Below, in pieces: positions 24,013 to 35,760 of a stretch of DNA of 64,000 nucleotides (the first letter of the stretch is position 1; every line of letters starts with the position of its first letter). The translations under genes and the position numbers were made by a program. Below the pieces are notes generated by a model. The model was not told the origin of the DNA, did no database searches, and saw only the letters and a program-made list of their open reading frames with translations. Source of the stretch: Octopus bimaculoides (Eukaryota); the NCBI RefSeq assembly GCF_001194135.2, contig NC_068988.1, positions 31,287,076 to 31,351,075 on the forward strand, read 5' to 3'.

Positions 24013-24599
24013 CTCTATATCACCCATTCACTGCATTTCTAGCGAGGTTAACATTACATTCGTCCTTTTAGAAGTGTAAGAACCAAAAACCTAAGACTTA
24101 GTATTCTTAATGCTACACAATATTCTCGGTATTCCACAAATATTTCTATACTGAATTCCAAGTTTTGTAATATTTATGTTTATCCTTCTGTACCAATTTC
24201 CATCCCACTTAAGAAGTCAATTTTACTAACATTTTCATTGAGTTGAAAATAAGTAACAGCTCGTTCTCTTCAATTTCACATTTCTGGCCTTATTCCTGCG
24301 TAAGATACCATATTAGATAATATAACGAATGTAATCTAATCAATGTATCGTATTGCTCTTAGAATTTGGATACAAGAGAATATTTTTTAAACAATTAGTC
24401 ATATAATTACAAAATACATAACGCCACTGACAATCTGACATGTGGGTATTATTTTCTTAGTGAAATCCTCATGCGAGATGCAGATATTCTTTCATTGAAA
24501 ACAGAGGACCAATTCTAAAGATACCAAATATTAAAAAGAAAAAAAATCATCATACTGAATGAAAGACAGAATGGTTGAAAGCACGTTTTGTAAAACCAT

Positions 24600-25062
24600 T
24601 TTCCGCAAATAAGAAGAGAAACAAGAACAAGAAGAAGGATACCAACAACAACGACGATGATGATGATGACGTAAATGATAACAATAAATTACCAAGAACA
24701 ACAACAGCATCAATAATAATGATTAGAAGATGCAGTAAAAAACGTACAAAATCAAAAACAACAAAAAACCGCTTCACAGTTTTGAAATCTTGGAAATGAA
24801 GATGAATTCAATGAAAAATTTTTTATGAACCTTCTGGATGTTAGTATCAACGACGTTATTTCTGGGTTCAAGAACTAATGGCCATGACATTTTGATTTCT
24901 ATACTTATTAAAGGGTAGATTGTGTATTATTTTTTAAACTTTATTTTTAGTTTTATTTTCATTTGTTTTGCATTTCAGAGTTGTCATTTTCATTTTAATG
25001 TTTTTACTATTGATTTCTTGCAGTAACAGTGGTTATAATAGCTGCAGCAGCAGCTGCAGAAT

Positions 25063-25105
<43 letters not shown>

Positions 25106-25163
25106 TGTTGTTGTTATAATAATAATAATAATAATGATAATAATAATAATAAAAATAATAATA

Positions 25164-25233
<70 letters not shown>

Positions 25234-25310
25234 TAATCATTATTATTTCATGGACCCTTATTATTATTTCTATCATTATTATAATCATCATCATCATCAT
25301 TATTATTTGA
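24600..25310. repeat. Compound trinucleotide field (AAC/GAT, GCA, AGT, AAT, CAT)
   Basis: Direct reading. Confidence 0.93.
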
Positions 25311-25485
25311 ATGTTTCTATTTTTACTTTAGATTCAGAATATTTTTTTGTATATATTTCATTATTTCTTCATTTTTGATTTTGAATTTTTTCATTACCTT
25401 TTATTATCTTACCTCTTAACGTGATCGAAAGCATATAAATTGTTTAATATTCTCTTCCTAGGTATATTCGCTTCATTTTTCTTCA

Positions 25486-25486
<1 letters not shown>

Positions 25487-25532
<46 letters not shown>

Positions 25533-25695
25533 GTATGTATGTATGTATATGTATATATGTGTGTGTGTATGTCTATATTTTATATGTATATATGTATATG
25601 TATATATATACATACATGTATTCACACACGCACACACACACAGACACAGACACACAGACACAGACACAGACACAGACACAGACACACACACACAC

Positions 25696-25778
<83 letters not shown>

Positions 25779-25825
25779 AATATACATGTATATATATAGA
25801 TATACATGTATACATATATATGCGT
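25487..25825. repeat. Compound (CA)/(TA)/(TG)/(CACAGA)n microsatellite
   Basis: Direct reading. Confidence 0.97.
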
Positions 25826-25959
25826 GTGTACTCTTGTATTGCAGATTGCAAAGACGATATCTCCTTAATGCTTCAAATTGGAATGAATATTACACACGAT
25901 ATACGTTTATCATGGAAAATGCTGATATAAAAGAAACAAAACCTCATTATTTGTCATCA

Positions 25960-26230
25960 GCGTGGTTATTGTTTGCTGTTGCAGCCGTTGTTATCGTTAT
26001 TGATACTAATAATTATTATTACATTTTGCAGTAATTTTATAGATACAAATATTTTAGAACGATTATTGACAATTTTTTTTTGCTGCTTCATTGTTATGAT
26101 AATATTGTTATGGCCTAATGTTGCTATTGGAGTTGTGATGAGATTGTTGTTGATACACCTGCCATTGATATTGTTGCTTGATATTGTTGCTATTACCGCT
26201 GTTGTTGCTTTTTCTTGGGTTAATATCCAT
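25960..26230. repeat. Degenerate (GTT/ATT)n tract
   Basis: Direct reading. Confidence 0.8.
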
Positions 26231-27265
26231 TTTTCATTCCCTATAATTGTGTGGTCCATGTTAATTTTTTTCGATAAATATTTAATTTTTCCCCCATTTC
26301 TTTACAGATTCTACTCTAGTTCCTGTTGCTATTGTTGTTCTTAATGCTTTACACTTTCACTATTGTTTTCCTTTTTTATTGTTATTCTTTCTACTAAAAT
26401 CTAGAGGATGACGGAATGCAGAATTTGTTGAGTACGGGATAAAATATCAAAACATCATATATTCAGTAACATTTTTTTTTCACTTCAACTGTTTCAAATC
26501 CTGTAAAAGTCGACTTTATATTTCATCATATTAGGTGCCATCCCATTGTAATATTTCCAGCATCTTGTGACCAGTAACAAAAATTCTTATTGAATTGAGT
26601 GTTATAATGTCAGACTACGATCGTCTTTTTTCTAAGTTGAAGCTCTGTTTTCATCTTTGAATTTCATCCAACTCTTGACCGCTAATATAATTACGGACAC
26701 GTACTAAGACAGATTTGCAAATTTATAAATGTAGACTATTGTGACATTGAATCGCTGTTTTTTTTTTTATTTTCAAGCTCTCGGAATTACTTGAGTGCAA
26801 AGCTTATTACGCAACTGGTCTTCCATACTTTCCAGACACGCTATTCTGTAAATCCTAATGGCTATTTCTGTCATGAGACAGTAACGGGAAATAGGTTTAT
26901 AATGGGAGTGCTGGTGTTGTTGATGGTATAGTTGAGACTGGTGTCAAAAGAGATCGTGCTCTTTAAAGAATGGCACTTAACTATTTACTATGTGTATGTG
27001 CATTTTTAATGCATTTATGTGCTTGTATATTTATTTGTATATATGAAAATATATTTGTAATTGTATATATATTCGTATATATAATAGCGTTTATATATGG
27101 AAATTTCTTACGTTTCTATTTATCTCTGTCTAGAATTTGCTTATGAGTGTGCGGATACGTGTTTTGTATACAAACCGTCTTTCTGTGCTTGTGCACGAAA
27201 ACCTGTATATGTCTTCGTTTGTGTCTATATGAGTTCTTGTTTGCGCATTTATGCCTGCTTATAAA

Positions 27266-27299
<34 letters not shown>

Positions 27300-27759
27300 A
27301 ATATATATATGTGTGTGTGTGTATATGTGTGTGTGTATGTATGTATGCATTATGTATGAGTACAGGTATGTATGTTCGTATATGTCATTATGTGTGTATG
27401 TGTGTATGTTTAAATATGATAACATATTTTGCTATTATATTTATCGATCCTATTTGTATGTATACACGCACATATATTATACCGCTATACGTATATGCAT
27501 GTGAAATGTGACTTGCATTTATATCAGTACAGGTTTATAAACATTTTTTTGCATGCCGATATTCTGGTCGTGCAAAGTTTGTTTGCGTTTATAGTGTGCA
27601 AATAAATGAATCCATCTTTATGATTGTGTACCAACATATGTTCGCTGTGTATTCTTCTATTCTTGGTTTTACTCATTGAATTACAATTATGTTGGAGTTT
27701 CACCGCTAAAGGTTTTACTGTTTTAGTCGATCAAAAATTTCGCGATCTACCTTTGTAGC

Positions 27760-28090
27760 GCTCCAACAAATGGAGGTACACAGTTGCGTGCTAGCAGTGA
27801 CCGTCATGACATAGTGTGCCGAGTGACCTCATTGTGTTTATTTCGCAAGTTCTGAAATTGGTGCTTTGTGATGACGTGTATGCTTTAGTCTGCGATTTTT
27901 GTCATGGACAGGAAGTTGAAACAAAGAGCCAACGTGAAATTTTGAGTGGGAACTTGGGAAGTCTGCCACAGAGACACCGAACATGCTGCAGCAGGCTTAC
28001 GGTGACGAGGCAATGGATCGTACGCAATATTTCGAGTGGCATGGGCGCTTCAAAAAGCGGATGAACTTCTCTGGAAAGCGGTGAACTTTC
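27760..28090 (+). mobile_element. Mariner 5' fragment (HTH region)
   Basis: From ATG 27904: MDRKLKQRANVKF..LGKSATETPNMLQQAYGDEAMDRTQYFEWHGRFK, with a frameshift. Confidence 0.85.
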
Positions 28091-28435
28091 TACCGAAAAG
28101 ACTGCGTGTACTCCATCCCATGCAGCTGTGGTAAGTTAAAGAAAGGCGAAATATACTGCCCCCTCAAAATAAGGGTAGACGAACATCGCAAAGCTGTGAC
28201 ACGAAGAGATATTAATAAATCGGGTATCACTGATCATGTATGGAAAAATGGAGACCGCCTCCCCCTGTGGGATGAACTTAAAATATTAGAGAGAGAACGC
28301 CAGTGGAAAATACGAAAACTAAAAGAAGCAGCACATATGCTAGGACACAGCAACCTCCTAAGCAGACCACGTGCAGATATAAGCAGCATATGGAAACTAG
28401 TATTAAGGAAGAATAGAAAAATATTAGATTTATAA
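28090..28435 (+). mobile_element. Penelope-like element GIY-YIG endonuclease fragment
   Basis: CVYSIPCSCGKLKKGEIYCPLKIRVDEHRKAV..SGITDHVWKNG..WDELKILERERQWKIRKLKEA: Penelope-type GIY-YIG with CxC and HxxxxxH motifs. Confidence 0.88.
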
Positions 28436-28454
28436 GCCGTAAAATTCATTCCAC

Positions 28455-28527
28455 GGGCATATGTCGTAGTGGTTAAGAGCGCGGACTACTAACCCCAAGA
28501 TTCCGAGTTCGATTCCAAGCAGTGACC
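28455..28527 (+). ncRNA. tRNA-like (Pol III promoter) segment, not a functional tRNA
   Basis: A-box-like TGTCGTAGTGG (28462-28472), B-box GTTCGATTCC (28507-28516), anticodon-like loop CTACTAA; acceptor stem does not pair. Confidence 0.7.
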
Positions 28528-28582
28528 TGAACGATAATAATAATAATAATAACATCGAAAAATACCTTAGAAATTTCCCCAA

Positions 28583-28628
28583 GGCACCTGAAAAAGGCTG
28601 GAGGGTATACCAGCCGAAACGTTGTGTT
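28583..28628 (+). ncRNA. Degenerate minimal type I hammerhead ribozyme motif (Penelope pLTR-like)
   Basis: GGCAC-CTGAAAA-A-GGCTG(loop)CAGCC-GAAACGT-T-GTGTT; stems I and II pair and helix III is the ACGT palindrome, but the core reads CUGAAAA instead of CUGANGA. Confidence 0.6.
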
Positions 28629-28949
28629 AACAAACAAGATGAGGACAAATATCCGTTGAATGCAAATAATGTACATAGTTCCTCGTCTCTTAAATATAGA
28701 ACTGTATATCTGTGATATTAATAACTAACCTTGTATCATATTATGTTAAAATGATTCTGCCTGGTGTTCACGCTAAAAAGTACAACTGTATATAGAATAC
28801 TGGAGAAGTAATTCAATAGGTAAGCTGTTTCTATAATCGAAAAAATGGGCTGCTTGTTCTCTTAAATCAACCAGTTTATGTGTATATATGGTTTATATCA
28901 GTGCGTTCTATTTATAAGAGTTAGAAAGTGTCTGATTGTGTTGGAATTC

Positions 28950-29113
28950 ATGTGTGTTAATGTGTGTATGTGTTTGTGTTTGTGTGCACGCGCGTGTGTG
29001 ATGCTGTGTATGCGCCTGCGTACTTCTCATAAAATAAAAACTTACTATGCGTATTTTCGTGTGCATTATTGAATGCATGATTTGGTCTATATATAAAATA
29101 CATACACATACAC

Positions 29114-29202
<89 letters not shown>

Positions 29203-29249
29203 CATATATATATATACATATGCATATATATACATATATATATACATAT

Positions 29250-29299
<50 letters not shown>

Positions 29300-29420
29300 G
29301 CACATATATACATACATACAGACACAGACACATATACAGACACACATACACAGACACACATACACAGACACACACACACAGACCCACACATAGAGACCCC
29401 CACACACATATCTGTATGCG
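28950..29420. repeat. Compound (TG)/(CA)/(TA)n field
   Basis: Direct reading. Confidence 0.95.
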
Positions 29421-30242
29421 TGTGTAATGAGGATTATGCGTGTATGCAATTCTTTATATTTATGCAAGCGCGTCATAGTACAACTGTCTTTCACTTGGAA
29501 GTTATTGATTTCGAAAATAAAATCATTTCATGAATTATATTTTTGTTGCTACAAATTTCTATCTTAAATCTATTTTTCTGTTGTTTTCTTTATTGCTTGT
29601 TTATTGTTTTATTGTTTATCTTATTGATTTAATTTACATTTAAAAAGCGTTTTCACATATGCGTCTGTGAATTATGAGCATCTTAGTGTATCTGTGTATG
29701 TGCATGATTGTATATTTATTTTTGTGCGTATGTCTGAATATGAATATGTGTGTCTATGTATGTATGTATGTATGTATGTATGTATGTGTATGCATGTATG
29801 TATGGTTGGGTTTGTTTTCTTTATTAAATGTTATCATGTAGCTTATTTTAGTTTTGTTTCACTTATTTATCTGAACCATCATCATCATCATCAGGTTATT
29901 TTTATTATTATTATTACAATCATCTTATTTTCAACATTCTATGAGAGTTTCTACCGCACCACCAAACCAGGTATTCTGTTATCCCTGAGGAGTCTGCTGC
30001 CGTTGTCTTTTGGGAATGTAAAAATTTTGTTTGTAAACTACATCAATTTCGCTTTATTGTCGTATTTGCTTGTTGTGTCTGGTGCTATCTTGTATTTTAT
30101 CTGTTGTGTAGTGACTATGTTATGTGAATTGAGTTAGGTTGTTGGATGTGCTATACCTTTCGTATGAGTTCTATGATTGATGCTAGATATTTCAATGCGA
30201 GACGGTGAATTGTGTAGACTATGATGCTGTGTGGTTTCTCTT

Positions 30243-30442
30243 TTATCTTTTGTTTCAGTTACTAGACTTCGGCCATGCTGGGGCACCGACTTGAAGAATT
30301 TTTAGTAGAATGAATCAAACCCAGAACTTATGCTTTTCAAGCCTAGTACTTATTCTTTTGTCGAACCGCTAAGTTGCATGGACGTAAACGCACTATTACC
30401 GGTTGTCAAGGCTTGTTGCGAAAGGAACACAAACGTAAAGAC
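30243..30442 (-). mobile_element. SINE family C 3' half
   Basis: Reverse complement of the 13180-13375 region (TGCTGGGGCACCG, AAGCCTAGTACTTATTC, ACCGCTAAGTT, GGACGTAAAC). Confidence 0.8.
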
Positions 30443-30539
30443 ACACATAGATGTACGTATGTATGTATGTATTATGTATGTATGTATGTATGTATGTATG
30501 TATGCATGTATGTGTGTGCGTGCGTGTGTATATATATAT

Positions 30540-31455
30540 NNNNNNNNNNNNNNNNNNNNNNNNNNNNNNNNNNNNNNNNNNNNNNNNNNNNNNNNNNNNN
30601 NNNNNNNNNNNNNNNNNNNNNNNNNNNNNNNNNNNNNNNNNNNNNNNNNNNNNNNNNNNNNNNNNNNNNNNNNNNNNNNNNNNNNNNNNNNNNNNNNNNN
30701 NNNNNNNNNNNNNNNNNNNNNNNNNNNNNNNNNNNNNNNNNNNNNNNNNNNNNNNNNNNNNNNNNNNNNNNNNNNNNNNNNNNNNNNNNNNNNNNNNNNN
30801 NNNNNNNNNNNNNNNNNNNNNNNNNNNNNNNNNNNNNNNNNNNNNNNNNNNNNNNNNNNNNNNNNNNNNNNNNNNNNNNNNNNNNNNNNNNNNNNNNNNN
30901 NNNNNNNNNNNNNNNNNNNNNNNNNNNNNNNNNNNNNNNNNNNNNNNNNNNNNNNNNNNNNNNNNNNNNNNNNNNNNNNNNNNNNNNNNNNNNNNNNNNN
31001 NNNNNNNNNNNNNNNNNNNNNNNNNNNNNNNNNNNNNNNNNNNNNNNNNNNNNNNNNNNNNNNNNNNNNNNNNNNNNNNNNNNNNNNNNNNNNNNNNNNN
31101 NNNNNNNNNNNNNNNNNNNNNNNNNNNNNNNNNNNNNNNNNNNNNNNNNNNNNNNNNNNNNNNNNNNNNNNNNNNNNNNNNNNNNNNNNNNNNNNNNNNN
31201 NNNNNNNNNNNNNNNNNNNNNNNNNNNNNNNNNNNNNNNNNNNNNNNNNNNNNNNNNNNNNNNNNNNNNNNNNNNNNNNNNNNNNNNNNNNNNNNNNNNN
31301 NNNNNNNNNNNNNNNNNNNNNNNNNNNNNNNNNNNNNNNNNNNNNNNNNNNNNNNNNNNNNNNNNNNNNNNNNNNNNNNNNNNNNNNNNNNNNNNNNNNN
31401 NNNNNNNNNNNNNNNNNNNNNNNNNNNNNNNNNNNNNNNNNNNNNNNNNNNNNNN
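30540..31455. other. Assembly gap
   Basis: N run flanked by (TA)n. Confidence 1.
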
Positions 31456-31464
31456 TATATATAT

Positions 31465-31612
31465 AGCCTCTAGCGGATCAAAGCCTTGTTGGTGAAGTTG
31501 GTAGGTGGAAACTAAAAGAAGCTCATCGTGTGTATATATATATATACACGTCGAACTTCTTTTAGTTTCCGTCTACCAACTTCACCAACAAGGCTTTGAT
31601 CGGCTAGAGGCT
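31465..31612. repeat. Near-perfect inverted repeat within a SINE-C copy
   Basis: Arms 31465-31531 and 31546-31612 match at 61 of 67 positions around a (TA)n centre. Confidence 0.93.
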
Positions 31613-31710
31613 GTAGTATAACAGAAGACATTTGTCCAAGATGCCGCGCACTGTGACTGAACCCAGATCCATGTGACTAGGAAGCAAATTTTCTGTCACA
31701 CAGCCATGTG
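31546..31710 (-). mobile_element. SINE family C 5' half
   Basis: Reverse complement of the family head (CATGGCTGTGTGAC...TGGGTTCAGTCACAGTGCGCGGCATCTTGGACAAATGTCTTC). Confidence 0.85.
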
Positions 31711-31890
31711 TGTGTGTGTGTGTGTGTACATACGCATAGTAACCATGTTTACTGTGTAGATATGTATACATTCATTGCTGTACTTGATTGAGTATTTATA
31801 TATGTATACATACATGAATACACACACACATATGTAAACACATACATATCTGTATAATACTTACATACATATGTACAAACATTTATAGAT

Positions 31891-31929
<39 letters not shown>

Positions 31930-32624
31930 TATATACGCACTCAAACGCACGTAACCACATACAAACACACACACATGTTCGTATGTACATTCCGACACTT
32001 GCCTCACCAATAAAACCTTCATATTGCTCCGCCACATGTCTCACTAATTCTCTTCTCATAAAAATTCAAAAGATATCTTTTTATGAGTTAGTGTTGGATT
32101 GTAATTTTTCTATCTCAATTTTCCTTCTTTCTTCTCTCACTTCCGTATCAACAGCATTTCACACCGTGTCCCTTGCACACCTCGACTTCCATGTGAATAC
32201 ATATAGCATCACGTATATCCCCGCTATCTCGACACACTACACTTCCGCACTTCCATCTTTCCACACCTCTACACATATACAATCACTCTAAAGAAACACA
32301 TACACACACCTCCCCCTTATATCTCTCTGAAAACACAGATAAACTCCTATACGGGCATATCCCATACCCACATCCTTTTTCAACTTACAATGGAGCCGCA
32401 TTCCCACATGGTTCCTAACATCCTCGCTGTCTTTTTTCCCTACTACCACATTTTCTCTTTCATTTTCGTCTTATACTTTTCTGCTATAGTTTTCTTCTGA
32501 TTAAGGACTAGAGTTCTATACCCTATGGCTCTTTCTGTTCCTTTTAAGCATTAACCTACAACAACATTTGTTTAAACTTGTTCCTCCCGTGTTTGTCTTT
32601 CGTTTTGCGTTCATTAATTTTACT

Positions 32625-32732
32625 ATGTATGTATGTATGTATGTATGTATGTATGTATGTATGTATGTATGTATGTATGCATGCATGCATGCATGTATGT
32701 ATGTATGTATGTATGTATGTATGTATGTATGT
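32625..32732. repeat. (TATG)n with (CATG) interruption
   Basis: Direct reading. Confidence 0.97.
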
Positions 32733-33779
32733 GTACTCCCTCACAAAAGATACGTAAAATATATTGTTCCGACGCAGCGAAAATACAAATCAATCTCGCT
32801 TTCAAAATTCGTCTAGAATTTGAAGAATCGTGCTGTACTACAGTAAGAGCTAAGAAGTAGAGTAGTCTGAATGATTATACAATGCAAATATATTTGAAGT
32901 CATTATTCACAATAATATACTCAAAACATAGAAGAATAGACATTTTCCTCTCTGCTTGCACAAAAACCCTTCAAACTCAGAGCCTTCATTGTAGCTAATC
33001 CATATCTTTACATATCGACTTTCAGCAGCAGAACGGCTCTCGCATGAAATAACAGAATCCAGACCGTATGTAATATAAAGTCGCTTTTGTTTAGATTTGA
33101 ACTCAAAACTTCAAAAATGAAAACAAATAATGTACACATTCAAAATAAAAATAAATAATTGGATATATTTTTGTAAAGGGCTTTATTATACAATGTGTCC
33201 TTCAATTTCTCGAGCTGGTATATGATCAAAGTCTTTCGAATCATGATCATCTCGACGCTATTTATCTGATTTGTCTTTTCATTTCTAAAGAGAGCAGAAG
33301 CCGGGTATATTTTGAAGTAGTGTTGCTGCCATTTCTATTGTTTAGTGATAAATGCATGAGATATGAGACTGGGTGTCTTATATTTGAAGACGTTGCAGTC
33401 TTCCACCGATTGTATTCCGTAATAATAGGTTGTTTTTCATTTGATTTCTTCATTCGTGATGAAGTCTCTTCATTTTATGGCCATACTGTTACGTTTACAT
33501 TTCGCTCCCACATTGTTAATGAAATCTATACAAATTCGTATTACGCTTCAGCTTTGTTATGAAAAACAACATAGAATCACAGGTCATGATGACTAGTAAC
33601 AAGTTATATTATGTTGTTATCTCTGCTGCTACAATGTAAAATAGATATCAACTTGACATTTTTTACGCAAATAATGTGGAAATGAATTATAATCAGGAAA
33701 ATGAAAAATATCAATGAAAATGAAAGAAAGGAAGGAATTTTAGAGAAAAATATTATGAAACATCCAATATTGCGAAGTT

Positions 33780-34110
33780 TATTGGAAGAAAAACTAAAGC
33801 AAAATATACAAGCAAAGAGGAAATAGATTGCAGATTTGAAAATAGCTAAGTTTTCTACGAAGAAAAAATATAAACACTTTACTGCAAACGCGTAGCGTTT
33901 CTACGATTGTCAGCAAATACAAATCGGAAATGAACCCTGTGCTGGTAATTTGAAATATATAGTGGAAGACCCTAGGGAGGAGTGTAGGTAATCAAAAAGA
34001 AATATAAGGAAACAACGTGGATACAACAATAAATATGTAAACAAGAATAAATCAAGAAATTAGCCGAAGAAATATGGCACACCAACGTCTGGAAGGTATC
34101 TTTGACTGAC
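33780..34110 (+). mobile_element. Possible very old Tc1-like transposase N-terminus
   Basis: Broken frames give RSVSTIVSKYK followed by SGRP, typical of the Tc1 HTH-GRPR region; otherwise heavily decayed. Confidence 0.3.
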
Positions 34111-34816
34111 AAATTATGGAGTGTTAATAATTTGTGAGAAAGTTAAACAAGACATTATTTATTGACTGGAAAATGAGTTTAATGATCTACACTGAAATAG
34201 CAGCGGGATTCAAGAATCTACTACGAAAATCTTGCTGTTTTAACACGTATTTTATCAATTGCTGACAGATAGCAGTTAAAGTTTCTATAAAATTTTAAAT
34301 CGTCACTTAAAATACCTTATAATAGAAAATATATTAGCTTCATGGAAATGGCAAAAGATATTGACAAAATATGAAAAGAAATGTCTTGCAATGTTCATTC
34401 AGTAAACAAAATGATCTAATCTGTAGTTGAAGATATTTTTTTGAACTTGAAGAGACTTGACGCTTAAATTGGTACTATGTTGTGGTATAGAACACCCACG
34501 TACAACGAGAAACTATTTAAAAGTTTTTAGTGTGCCATTCAAATAGTCAAATGCTACAAGTTTAGCTTTTCTACCGAATTAAGATGTCACTTAATTCTTC
34601 CATGCTGTGATAGCACGGGTAAGCTTTAACACACTTCATCTATTGTAGAGGTAACTTTTTAGGATATTTTAGAATCTGGTGAAATGCACAATATTACTGT
34701 AGAAGAGATTTCTCAAATTAACATCCGTCCACACTATTTAAAGTACAATTTATTTAAGGCAATACTCATTAGCGTATTCCCCAAGATAAGACCATTTATA
34801 AGTCGGGATGCAAATC

Positions 34817-34861
<45 letters not shown>

Positions 34862-35320
34862 TGTATGAAAAGTCCTGATTTTAAGAAAAAAACACGATGA
34901 TGACAGCTGAAATGCATTGTATCATAGGTAGGCTTGATCGAGCCTGCTCTGGTGCTAAGCAAGACAAATCAGAACTGTAAGCCACGACGATGACGACTAC
35001 GACCACGACCACGACCACCGCCAACACCACCACAGCGACAACAACAACAACAACACATCAACAACAACGGCAATATCAGCAGCTCTAATAGAAGCACTTG
35101 CCAGCTTCATGGGCTTAGAACTGCATGTTTAACCTGAACAAAATCTCCATTGTTGTAATAGTTGCCAGAAACGTTTTATGGTTTGGTGTTTTGGGGGAAG
35201 TTTAATCCTGTTATAATTTACTCAATAAAAATTGATTCAGGTCCGGCACTGCTGTTACCACAACAAACTGCTACTAAAGTAACAGCAACAGCAACAGCAA
35301 CAGCAGCAGCAAACACAGTA

Positions 35321-35356
<36 letters not shown>

Positions 35357-35474
35357 GCTACTGCTACTACTACTAGAATGGTGGTTGAGTGTGTTGCATA
35401 CAATGTCACAAGAATGCCAAGTATTGTCAAGATTTAAAAGATTCTGTGAAATTTCATAGAAGGAAATGTGAATA

Positions 35475-35531
<57 letters not shown>

Positions 35532-35760
35532 CAGTGGTGGTGGTGGTTGTGGTGGTGCTGGTAGTAGTTATAGTGGTTGTTCATAATGTTTTGATTGTAG
35601 TAGTTATTCATATTTTTCGTATAATTGTTTGTTATTCTCGAAGTTAAGTTGTTGTGGCTGTATTTGTTCATGTTGCTGTTGTTTTTGTTGTATTTGTTCA
35701 TATTGTTGTTGACGTTGGTGTTGATATTTTGTTGTTGTTGTTGTTGTTGTTGTTGTGGGA
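34817..35760. repeat. Compound trinucleotide field: (CTA)n, CAA/CAG, (TAG)n, TGG/TTG
   Basis: Direct reading; composition flips strand near 35420. Confidence 0.93.

Noticed and set aside
28455-28527. Functional tRNA gene
   Set aside because: The acceptor stem does not pair and the anticodon arm is irregular; kept only as a tRNA-derived promoter segment.
30330-31495. 340-378 aa ORFs; also those at 44648-45261, 46541-46919, 47915-48577 and 56489-57263
   Set aside because: Their length comes from N-gaps translated as X.
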